From: Peribolospora baueri
Lineage: Eukaryota
Reading direction: 5' to 3'
NCBI GenBank assembly: GCA_029717555.1
Contig: JAMDHS010000039.1
Span: 62,001 to 126,000 of the forward strand
Length of the DNA stretch: 64,000 nt
How positions within the stretch are numbered: the first letter of the stretch is position 1; every line of letters starts with the position of its first letter. This document shows positions 51,601 to 59,910 of the stretch, in pieces. Under the pieces are notes generated by a model. That model did no database searches. It had not been told where the DNA came from and saw only the letters and a list, made by a program, of their open reading frames with translations. A program made the translations under genes and the position numbers.

Positions 51601-53457
51601 GGCGGGGATGGAGATGGACGGGTATTCGTCCAAGCCGGAGATGGCGGGGATGGGAGCGATGCCGAGGCCGAGGCCGAGGCCTAGTTCGACGCCGCCGGAA
51701 CGTCCCGGAGGACCAGCTTCTTCGCCGAGCGGGCCGACGAGACGGGTGGCTTGCTCGTGCCGCCGGGAGGCGACGAGTTGGTGAGCGTGGGCGAGATGGG
51801 AAGGAGAGGTGGCGCGTTCGTTCGGGTAGACGGTTTGGAAGGAGGGAGAGACAGGCGACGAGAGCGGGGTGGCGAAGGGAGTATGGAAAGGCGTGGTGGA
51901 GGGGGTAGCGAAGGGGTCCCTGGCGGTGCCGACGGACGAGTGGCTGTCGGTGCTGAGTCGTTCGACGGGCGAAAGCCGTGCGCCGGTGTTGGTGCTGCCA
52001 GCGCCGGCGTTGCCAGAAGAGTGAGGAGAGAGCAAGTCGAGCGAAAGCGGAGGGAGTTGGCGCGGGCGGTGTTGGGAGGCGGTAGAAGAGACAGAAGGGC
52101 GGTGATGGGAGTCGTACGACGGCCGGTCTTCGCGGTGGTGACGCGAGAAGGGCTGCTCACGCGTCGGCGGAGGAGGAGCTCGGCGGGGCGAGGTGGGCGA
52201 GGGCAGCGGGGGGACGACGGGAGAGGAGATGTCAGACACGGAGGGCGCGGGCGAGTGGCCGGGGGAAGAGGGAAGAGAAGGCGTGGGCGAGCTGGAGACG
52301 AGGAGGCCGACTTTGGCGCCGAGTCTGGCGCCGAAGCTCTGTCTCCTCTTTTTCTTGTACTGCTTTCCAGCGGCGTCCGCACTCGACCCTGTCGTCGCAC
52401 CACTTGTTCCCGTCGCCGAGTCGGACGGTGGGACGGCGTCGGCAGCGCCGGCCCCGGCCTTTTTACCGCCTCCGCCGCCGGCACTCTGACTCCTGCGCTT
52501 GTTCTTGGCGAGGCTGAAGCTGCGCCTTCGGGCAGGCGGCGGTTGCGGCTGCGAAACAGGGACGGCAGGCGGCGGAGGAAGGGAAGGGAACGGTTGCTGG
52601 TGCTGCTCAGGGCCGGCGGCGAGAGAGGGGAGGGAAGGGCGACGACGAGGATCGGGATGAGGAGCGTCTCTGTCTCTGTCTCCGGACGTGGACGGGCGGC
52701 GCGACTGGCTGGGCGAGGAGGAGGAGGAGGAGGAGTGGGGATGGGTGAGAGAGGAGAGTCTGCGAAAAAGAGAGGGGCTGGCGGCGGGAAGAAGGTGAGG
52801 AGGCGGGGCCGAGGTGGAGGGGGAAATAGGAATACGAGAGCGCAAGGGCGATGAAGGATGGGGCGAGCGGGGCGACGGTGAGTGGGAGGGCAGGGACGGG
52901 CGCGGGTCCAAGATTAACGGCGGCAGTGGCGGGCGTGATCCTTCGGCAGCGTTGATCAGCGAAGGCGGTCCATGGTTGTGTTTGTGACCGTGGCCGTTGT
53001 GGTTACCAGTGGCGATGGTGGTGGTGGTGGTGGTGGTCGCCGCGTTCGCGTTCGCCGGCGGCAGCGGAGGGATGTCGGGCACAGGCTCGGCCGAGTCCAC
53101 GTCGAGACGCGTCTCCTTGCTCGTCGTTGCCGCCTTGGCTCCTCCGCCGCCGCCTGGACCAGGACCGGAGGGCACGCTCTGGCTCCTGACTCTGGCGTGG
53201 CCCCGGTTGGCTTCGCCGCGACGACGGCCAGGACCGACGGCCTTGCCCGAGCCCGAGCCAACGAGGGTAGCAGTGCTGGACGAGGTACGGAGGGGCGGGA
53301 AGAGCGCGTCGGCGGGCGAAGAGGGCGGGGGAGTCTGAGGGAAGGGGGAAGAGGAAGCCAAGGTGGTGGTAGCGGTGGTCGCGGTGGAGGAAGAGAAATG
53401 GGACGCTCCGTCGTCGCCCGGTCGCCGCCGTCCAAAGTACCTCCGAACATAATCCAC
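45604..53457 (-). CDS. Very large (about 2617 aa) intronless Ser/Pro-rich intrinsically disordered protein of unknown function
   Basis: 7.85-kb stop-free frame with coherent amino-acid repeats (AQ, T, G and S runs), PxxP and SxIP-like motifs. No globular domain recognised; start uncertain. Confidence 0.8.
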   Translation of the reverse strand: MDYVRRYFGRRRPGDDGASHFSSSTATTATTTLASSSPFPQTPPPSSPADALFPPLRTSSSTATLVGSGSGKAVGPGRRRGEANRGHARVRSQSVPSGPGPGGGGGAKAATTSKETRLDVDSAEPVPDIPPLPPANANAATTTTTTTIATGNHNGHGHKHNHGPPSLINAAEGSRPPLPPLILDPRPSLPSHSPSPRSPHPSSPLRSRIPISPSTSAPPPHLLPAASPSLFRRLSSLTHPHSSSSSSSPSQSRRPSTSGDRDRDAPHPDPRRRPSLPSLAAGPEQHQQPFPSLPPPPAVPVSQPQPPPARRRSFSLAKNKRRSQSAGGGGGKKAGAGAADAVPPSDSATGTSGATTGSSADAAGKQYKKKRRQSFGARLGAKVGLLVSSSPTPSLPSSPGHSPAPSVSDISSPVVPPLPSPTSPRRAPPPPTREQPFSRHHREDRPSYDSHHRPSVSSTASQHRPRQLPPLSLDLLSPHSSGNAGAGSTNTGARLSPVERLSTDSHSSVGTARDPFATPSTTPFHTPFATPLSSPVSPSFQTVYPNERATSPSHLAHAHQLVASRRHEQATRLVGPLGEEAGPPGRSGGVELGLGLGLGIAPIPAISGLDEYPSISIPAGSSAPVFTPALGGGFGFASPPSSPSSLSETPLASGSLSSSTASGGVFSSVVSSPDSFAEPRTPTLAPSLGGGANANGNAANGYGYAKGYGYGYSSPGPGGSGSGGGNVNELSARSHAHAHASSFGTLFSPTSASAAAFAGTRNDSSHSHSHHDSDPLSHPERSSPSPPVPSAPSQRQGGGQSLDRGQGGPRANKPPATATSSQPPSSFSLSQRTQAQAQAQAQAQAQARSLSIPKFSLRPPTREREEGGRQTIFFAPSDSSSSEGDGGGDSSRSSSFDGAGGTTATASSGRVENPVGKVSLDVTTGPPPVVGNLTGRSGSFESSTRSTVATTTTTTTMTTTVATTATTAVEMVGEHEQRDAAEKEKREAQMSDGGADSGDTGPRPSAGLSTVVGAGMSELPSSRSSRPRPPSWSKRASSQLSSSVSAPPLQSSVTKSSDDSGGGGGGPSTSTASTSTTSTSTSRETPRETPPWGTHSDSPPPSPLGTGFDGKGGRIGSGLGLGLDAFTWPDPPHSSGSPEDASPLPPALPSRDPSPASPSRDPSLAVSIPSRRGTAESRRRSDASFLSARETLDTGFTELDDGDPGGDASPRSVSSSILGALARSESPEPMDEETNEDRSQSLSRHSPPSPPHGRPSLPIRRKWSGRSGRSASVSSAVTAVTAFEPPSPPSPPTTTATATGDLGSTTHDTHEPFALEGELHAQSGSPPKEVVRKEKEGETARFAAARGASLPHRRESSSSSLARPTSPLSSSSSFPRPTSPLSPSLSPLTSPTTMKCPPSSLSLTPSRSASPSRSRLAPGTISRKASQILAERLEAEQRLRELAAASGNRSGSIKSPVSVPSSSPIAALSSSEPRTDLKESEPGTDGTGAPDTGMVLRYDAASWRGSVLSTASGASDSSDDFATPQFPAPPTTTAVLPAAAGGGGGGAGGASRKPSALSLAAAWEGQGSRSEEQDNRASSPSSSSSSSSPPPPPLAETPAQHPSARLGEAFDPSRPPTLPLPPLPPPTTGGSGSTTTAGATPTRSPPGRLDMPPRPRFGETLATAAGPSSSSSASSRSPLLRAVPSLRVDTGGGHSGIAGIETIEYSSSVSGSEKSPLSEYASRDGSPLGYFSNNTNRHGPAPSAPPTEALPPIPASASASGKAGSPDEKRTSSASTKALYAVNLRRLSTSSFHRGVIGALDGSGGGDPSAEEDTEVVRDSSDGNSDADGHLDRQRTISSRRTPVGRSQGHGRSPGAPSSIAQSVSVSSVTTSSDLDDMEARLYSPSDDHEVPPPRDPRPLGGPPPPPATGPPTEALPPLPLSLPNPPSRRRPSVSPPPDLTAGGGGGGEDFLRSSSSDDLSRLTDWPRTLANHRPGSDESDLDINESLASLAERTHVLEYPTVKVAAPTPVKPGPSPRGGRLSRTVSAMPMTDRGTGWSSSEGEGGSAGGGGGGGGPSRKGKQRASDSLNSLRATTRKTQSEIGTAGQLARPYGHRKDSSDSSTELNFDPVDDDQGWITSSFLPPVARRETADDVDFDMSLDSPKRSNSGLPSMSPTRLGYRNSDRTSLSGVTAAAARSRGSRASTGSTWPSRTRDSFLRRGAIFSSDKSDRFLHVSSNANVFSAASTDDDSTSPPLSSTNLTTSSGPASVGRRSWATQATSVDAEDHEALLKEGNANASTGPSTAGLSSPPSRIRQLAGSNSTDWTTPPSPSKQSLSSVGSGASPTAARPTGLPTPSRSAAVPAGRRSSSSSVASSRSIGSVRSDSSQPPSAWAGLSSSSSSSSSKPGGWSSQGLGAAGKDLSSLREPGSPTKSSSLAKSGIPSSLSTRSGLSTPAQTAAAAATPARRALAGRPSLPSTLPTPAATSTGTPASSGMKIRPPSRLFSGSRTSLPYYNEHAHDADPSGVAAAVEPSAQAQNIRQSQSFASLRGLPARSPLSGIMHGAAAAASVTSSVRPLDVSLPPPPASSSLPVPSSPEKARPPAGSRLPPPSAPSAYANRNRSSRIPSFTSSTPKR

Positions 53458-53749
53458 CTTGGCAAGACGGTCGCGCGAGCCGGCGCGCGCGGGAGGGGGG
53501 AGGGGGGGCGGCGACGTCTCAAGGCGGCGATGACGGCGACGTCAAGTGGTCGACTCGGAGGAAAGGAGGTGGGAGAGGCGGGCGAGAGGCGGGCAAGAAG
53601 CGAGGAGGAGAGGGGAAGGATCGGCGGGGCGAAAGGAAGCAAGGAAGCAAGTGGGGAAAGAGATGGTTGGGTTGGAGAGAGAGTGTCGGGGGCGGGAAGG
53701 AGGTGGTGAGGAGTGGGCAGGGCTGGTGGGGATGGAGGAGGGAGGAGGG

Positions 53750-53797
53750 AGGATGGGATGGTATGAAATGGTATGGTACGGAATGGAATGGAATGGA
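53750..53797. repeat. Degenerate (ATGGA/ATGGT)n pentanucleotide repeat
   Basis: Read directly. Confidence 0.8.
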
Positions 53798-54976
53798 CGA
53801 TGGTGAGCACGTCCCTCGTCCCATCTCATCTACATTCACCGTCCTTCTTTCCTCTTTCCTCCATCTCGAACCTACGCGAACAGATCTCACCTGAACTGCG
53901 ACGATGAGCCGAGCCGATCTTCTTTCTCGACCCGGGGAAAGGTGGTGGATGAAGAAGGAATGGATGGACAGGCAGGTGGAGCGGCTGTAAGTTGTGATGT
54001 GCTCTCTTCTCTACCTCGCTCTTTCTTTCTTTGTCTATTTTTTTCTCTTTTCTGTGCTTCTTGCGCTCGCTCGCACACAAGACGGCCGACAGCGACAGCA
54101 GCCAGCCAAGGCAGCTCACACATGAAATGGAGAATAATAATAAGCGAGGCGTTCGGTCGCACTTGCACGTCTTTCCCACCCTCTTCTCTTCTCTCGACTG
54201 CAGGCCGACGCCAGTGCAGCGCCTCACACCGTCTGCGCATGCCCGGGCCCGGACCGTGCCTAACCCTACAGGACCTACTTCGATAACTGATGGGCATGCC
54301 AGATAACCGCGACGGCGACGCCTGTGCAACCCACCAACCCACCAACCAACCAACCAACCTCCCTCCTGGCGCCCATCGCGGCGTCACTCCCGGCCAAGCG
54401 TCCGTCAGCGGTAAAGCGTCCGCGATCTCCGACGGCGAGGGGGACGCTAGCGTGCACGTGATCCAGTCAAGCAAGGGCGGGCGAGAAGGTAAGCCAGCGG
54501 CGGCGGCGCGGATCCATCGCCGTGCCGACATAGCCAGAGCCTCCCAGCGGGCGATCACCGGGGCTCTCTCTGCCGGGCAGCAGCTCTCTTTGCTGGCAAG
54601 CGAGTGCCAGTGCGAGTGCGAGCTTGGCGGTGGTCAGCGCCAGCTAACGGCTGACTAGCGCACGCAGCGCCGACGTCGAGCATGTACAAAGCGAGGGGGT
54701 GTAGTGTAGTGCGGCGGAGAAACGAAGGAAGAAAAAGAAAGAAGAAGAAAGAAGAAAGAAGGAGATTTGGCGGCATTCTCGTTTTTTCCCCCGACTGAGA
54801 CCCCCCTCGTCCACCGACCGACCGAACCTCCGAGCGGCGGATGGCGTTCCTTCCAGTCCTACGCCGACCTGACGCCGACGCCGACATCGACGCCGATCCG
54901 AGGCGAGGCGACGTTCGAGAAGAGAAGAGGAGAAGATCCACTTCCGAGCCATGAGCCAACGGAGAGAGATTGGCAT

Positions 54977-55001
54977 GAGATGCGATGCGATGCGATGCGA
55001 T
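54977..55001. repeat. (GATGC)n pentanucleotide repeat
   Basis: Read directly. Confidence 0.85.
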
Positions 55002-55456
55002 CGGTGATCGTTGTCGTTGTCGTCGTTGGCCAACGTCTCGAGAGAAGACAGACACAATCAGTCCAACGTGCGCGTTGCACAGGATGGATGGGACCGCGTA
55101 CAGTGCGACGGCGCAGACGACGGACAAACGAACGAACGAACAAAGGTACAGCCAACCAACCTTGTTCGCCCTGTCCGACCCGACGACCGATCCTCTCCTC
55201 CCGTCCACGCAGCCGACCAAGCGAGCGGCCCGAGCCCCGTCCTTGCTTTTCTTTTCCTTTTCTTTCTTTCGAGCATCTTCGGTCGTCCGCTTCCTCGCCT
55301 TTCCTCGTGCCCAAACACAGGACAGGAAAGGACTGTAACTACGTACTGTCAACCCTGTCTGTCATAAGCATACCTTCGCATAGTGCATAGCGGTCTCCCT
55401 TTCCTGCTTGTTCCCCAGCCAAAAATGGACTGCTCCCAGCCAAAACACCGGTCTAT

Positions 55457-58181
55457 ATGTATACTAAACATATCGCGTATTGCATAGCACTGACACCGGT
55501 GCCGGCATGCATAGTAGAGGCCGGGCGAAAGGCATCACGTGACCCAGAGTCGATGCACGGACCACTACACGCCACCGCGCATCACACTTCTTCAGCAAGG
55601 GCCATAATGCTTGTTGGCCAAAGCAAACTAACCTCTGCGCTGGCAGTGCGCGCAGCCTCCTCTTTAATCGCCTCACCTTGCGTTGTTTTGGCGAAAGACG
55701 TAGAAATCCCGGGGGCGAAGGGAAAGCGATTTTTCACAGGAAGCTGGCGTGACTGGTTCGAACCGAATCAAGCATTTCGAGGAGGCTCATTTCTGGTACA
55801 AAGTCATATTTTCCAATGTCCCGTCGAGGTTTACCTAGACGTCTACGTCTCTCCTGCCGCCCTCGCCAACCGCGACTCCATCACCGCCGGTGTCCACCAC
55901 TACTTCCCCGGCGAGATACGCCTCTGGCAAAGCAAGCTCGTCGACGCCGTGATGAGCGTACGTTTCTTCACGGAGGAAGGCGCAAGAAAGGTTCTGGACT
56001 TTGTGCTCAGGGCGCTTACCAGATCAGCTGAAACGGGCCGTCACGGTTTTATTTTATCTTTGTACTCGCTCGTTCTCTCGCCCATTGCGCAGTTTTCTGT
56101 CTCTCTCCTTCGCCAAGGCCGAAGATGAAATCAAATCAGGGCTGAAGGTGTCATCCGCGTCTAGATCGTCCAAACTCTCATTCCACATCCTCGCGCCAAT
56201 CTTCCTGGACTACCACACCATTTCTGGAGCAGTTTCTCGCTTGGGAATTTGGCCAGTTTTTCCGTAGGAACACCATCAACGCCCTCACCTCGGCGAGCTG
56301 GGTGTGATGGGGCTACTGCTTAAAATGGACAGAAGAGGAAAGGCAGCGTACGTCGCGGACCTCGCCGTGTATCACGGGCACCAGGATGCCCGGTACCTCC
56401 AAGTATGGGCAAATTCCCAGACCTCTGCGCCCAGTGCAGCGCATCGACGAGGAGAGCAACGCATGGGAACCGGCCTTGGTGGCCACGGCTTCGACTCCTT
56501 TCTCCCTCGTACGCAGGTTTTCCCAGGGGTTAGAGCTATGACCACGGCTAGTTCAGCACGAAGGCTCCTATACGATAAATGCCACACCCTTATCCGTCGC
56601 ACCAAGCGACCTCTATCCTTGGCCAGCCGCCCGCGCGTCTTTCCATCACAAGCATCCCGCAGGAGTGCAGAACGGCTTCCTTGATGCAGTCTGCCGGGTC
56701 ACAAAGGCCAACGTCGTTACCATGGGTACTCTTGCTTCCCACTGGATTAAGGCGATGGCCTGACCTGTTATCTCAACACAGGACCTGCACGACAAGATTC
56801 GCGGCGTTGCCACCGACCCGAAAGTGATAGGACGTGGTCAAAATCGACCCTTCTAGAGGACACAGCTGACACAGCCATGGTCCTCATGGAGGATGGGTTT
56901 ACCACCCGACAATTCATCGACTTACCACAAGGCGCATGCGTGTACTGCCCAATCTGTGAGACAAGGCTGGCAAGACAAGGTACAAGTGGCCTTCAGGGTA
57001 TCGGTACGGCATCGGCCAGGATCTTCATGACAAACACCGGCTCGCACGGCCTCCACTGCTTCAGCTGCGACAAGACGTTCTTCATGGCGGCGACGTACCG
57101 ACGTACAGAAATGTCGGTGAGGCCAGATGAGGTAATCTGCCTTCCTCTCACGACAAGCAAGATCAACTCTGACGGCCGCGAGGACATTTCCCCCGTCGTG
57201 GACGGCACACATCGCATGACCTGCATCTCAGCGGGGACTGGGTTGGGAAAGACCGAATACGTGAACACCGTGCCGTACCGCGCCCTCCTCCCTGGCGACC
57301 TCAGCGTTCTCGCGATTTCGGGCCTCTCTCGCTTCGTATCAGGCAACTAGGTGGCATCTCACCGACTATCAAGCCGAAGAAGCCTTTTCCCACCCACCCG
57401 TGCGAACTATATCGATATGCCTGAATTCGATAGTTCGCATTCCCAGGGATGTTGCCTACTCCTTCGTCATTCTGGACGAGGCCGACCCGACGGCTATTCG
57501 GCTCTCGCTGGCCGAGGCAACAATGGACGACAGGTTCTCCGACGTCCTAGTGCAGCTTTCCGCCATCCTCCGCAAGTCCTTCCACATCTTTCTGCTTCAA
57601 GCAGACTTAACAGAGGACGCGGTTGAGCTCTTCGCGTCGTTGGCCGGTTTGGACGCAGAGGACCGGCGTCCAGTCCGACGCGTCCGAATCGATTCACCCC
57701 GTCAGTTTTACCCAATGGCAGAAACAGAGGACCAGGCACTGGTCATTGGGGCGCTAAGGCGCATGTACGAAGACCGGTTTGATCATGACCGCAAGAAGGT
57801 CAAAATGCCGATAATTGTCTTCTGTACGTACCGCGCGTTTCGCGACCGCACTGTTCGTCTGGCTACAAACCGAGGTACGTGCAGCCCAATGTCTTTCGAG
57901 TGGAGTGGCGCTAGCACTTCTGACTTGCCGGCCTCTCACCACGCCACGCTCAGATCTGCCAATATCCAGAGGCGAAAGAGCGGATCAAGCCCATAACTGC
58001 AGACTCGCGGGAAGCCGGCTTCCTCAGAAACGCCAATGCCGAGACTTCAACGGCGGACATTGCGATAGTCTCCCCAGTTTTCGCCGCGGGCATATCAGTG
58101 GACCGGCACTACCGAGGTCGTTTTGACTTCCTACACAAATGCGTTCTAACGCACGACGCCGAGTGGCAATTTACAGCCTGA
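55457..58181 (+). pseudogene. Degenerate intronless PrimPol-type AEP primase + C4 Zn finger + UL9/origin-binding-protein-like SF2 helicase (virus- or mobile-element-derived)
   Basis: Primase-like: VLAKDVEIPGAKGKRFF..W, CPVEVYLDV (motif I), SSASRSSKLSFHI (SxH motif II) and VADLAVY (motif III). Zn finger: CPIC...HCFSC. Helicase: ISAGTGLGKT, ISICLNSIVRI, FVILDEAD, FLLQADL, IIVFCT, IVSPVFAAGISVD and WQFTA*. Split by frameshifts and stops. Confidence 0.75.
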
Positions 58182-58199
58182 CATTCCACCCTCTCCCAG

Positions 58200-58336
58200 T
58201 GTAACGCACCCAAGATAGGAGATGGAGGAAGACTACTGGGTTCCATGGTGGTCGGTGGGGGCTGCGATGGATATCACCGCCCTCCACCAACCACCTGACC
58301 TAGCCTACATGGCGATCTGGGCGCCTTACCGTTACA
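58200..58336 (-). repeat. 3' LTR (137 bp) with TGTAACG...CGTTACA termini; PPT (GAGAGGGTGG on minus) at 58337-58346
   Basis: Perfect 7-bp terminal inverted repeat; shares a core with the 5' LTR. Confidence 0.8.
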
Positions 58337-58479
58337 CCACCCTCTCACCGCCAGTGCAATATTCCACTTCCCGCCTCACGCGGGGTGGCGATGAGGTCGG
58401 GCAAGAGCTGGGAGACCTTGGTGCGGATGTACTGCTTGTTCAGCAGGTCTGCCAGGTTGAACGCTCCTCCGTTGCAGTA

Positions 58480-58800
58480 GGCCGCTGTGGCGACCGAAAT
58501 CTCCGCCTTGACGTAGAGATTGTTGTCGATCAGGCGTTGAAGGACCTCACGAACGTGTTCGACATGTTGGGCTCGGTCTGCCAGAAGATCAAAATGTCAT
58601 CGAGGTATACGAGTACTGTGACGTCAAGGAGATCACGAAAGAGATAGTTCATGAACCCTTGGAACGTCGCGGGGGCGTTGGTAAGCCCAAAAGGCATGAC
58701 GGCCGATTCAAAATGGCCATACTTATTCCGAAAGGCCGTCTTCCATTCATCTCCGTCCTTGATCCGGATAAGGTTGTAGGCGTCACGGAGATCCAAGGGC
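58480..58800 (-). pseudogene. Reverse transcriptase fragment (Ty3/Gypsy, YLDD)
   Basis: Motifs as above, with a frameshift after ILIF. Confidence 0.9.
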
Positions 58801-59345
58801 GTAAAGAGACCGGAGACGCCTCCGCCATTGCCGTTCATCATGGTGCTGGCAAACGTTACGGTGGCCGAGGCGTTGGGGACGCCGCTGGCGTCGATGGCGA
58901 GGCGACCAAAGGCGTGCACGTTCTGGTCGGTGCCGGTGGGCGGGACGAGGACGATGCCAGAGCCGACGCTGCTGCGTGGGACGCCCATCTGCGAAGGGGC
59001 GATGGAGAAGACGGGGGCGGAGAAGCTGGACGGCTTGCGAGCGGACGCCTGGTTGTCGTGTTCGGACCTGAGCGCGCCAGCGGCGCCGGCGCTCTAAGGC
59101 CCGCCGTAGGGTTGGCCGTCGCTGGGACACGGGTTGGAGCCGGCGCGGGCCCTGGGGATGAGCGAGGGGGCCATCTTGACGGACAAGAGGCGAGGACGGT
59201 CTGGCTTTGCGGGGACGATGGTGGCGGAGGGCGCCGACGCCGACGTGGGCGCGAGCGGGGATGGAAGGCTCGGGCGTCGGAGGCTGATCGAAGCCCGCTG
59301 CTGAAGGAGGGATTGACAGAGTCGAGAAGCAGGTGGGGGCGGGGA

Positions 59346-59441
59346 TGTAATGGTCGATCCCATGAAGGGACAAATGGTGTGGAGATTGATATCGACGCCC
59401 TTTACCGATCAAATGACCTAGCCTACATGGTGATCGTGACA
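59346..59441 (-). repeat. 5' LTR-like sequence (96 bp), TGT...ACA
   Basis: Shares GATATC..CGCCCT...TGACCTAGCCTACATGG.GATC with 58200-58336. Confidence 0.7.
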
Positions 59442-59705
59442 ATTGGTCTCCATCGTCGAATGTCGGGAATGCCTGAAGGAAGGAGAGGGGTCAGATGCCA
59501 GTCACACCTTTCACTACTGCTTGAAAGACAGGGAGAGGAAGAATATCAAGACTCGTATTCACAGCTATGAGGCGATCGTGAAAGTGTGAAGGGAGAAAGA
59601 AGGCGTAGATGGTCACAGAAGCGCGTCCGCTATTAGCGGCCGATCGCTTCACCGCCTGCTGACATACCGTCGACGCATCGTATCATATCGTAATCACCAC
59701 CCACC

Positions 59706-59879
59706 ATGGACGCGCGAGCAAGACAGTACCATCAAGCGCAGAGCTTCCACCGCGTCCCACCAACGACTCCTCATTTTCCCCCCAATGGCCAAGTTGCGTA
59801 CGGAAACCACGTCGCCATACCCTCGCGCCAGCAGGGTACTTCCGTGTCGACAACGGGGATACTGCATCCTTTGTCCTTT

Positions 59880-59910
<31 letters not shown>

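Larger units (their letters stand above)
58200..59441 (-). mobile_element. Internally deleted Ty3/Gypsy LTR retrotransposon (about 1.24 kb)
   Basis: RT fragment [56 protein letters not shown], followed in a shifted frame by [15 protein letters not shown]-like ends at both sides and a polypurine tract next to the 3' LTR. Confidence 0.88.

Noticed and set aside
46000..53800. Many long overlapping ORFs on both strands
   Set aside because: Expected by-products of a GC-rich, low-complexity coding frame.
55457..58181. Helitron interpretation of the helicase relic
   Set aside because: The helicase is SF2 (DEAD, UL9-like) rather than Pif1 SF1, and no HUH Rep motifs or CTRR/hairpin end were seen.
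58659..59570. 303-aa + strand ORF
   Set aside because: Antisense to the retrotransposon fragment.
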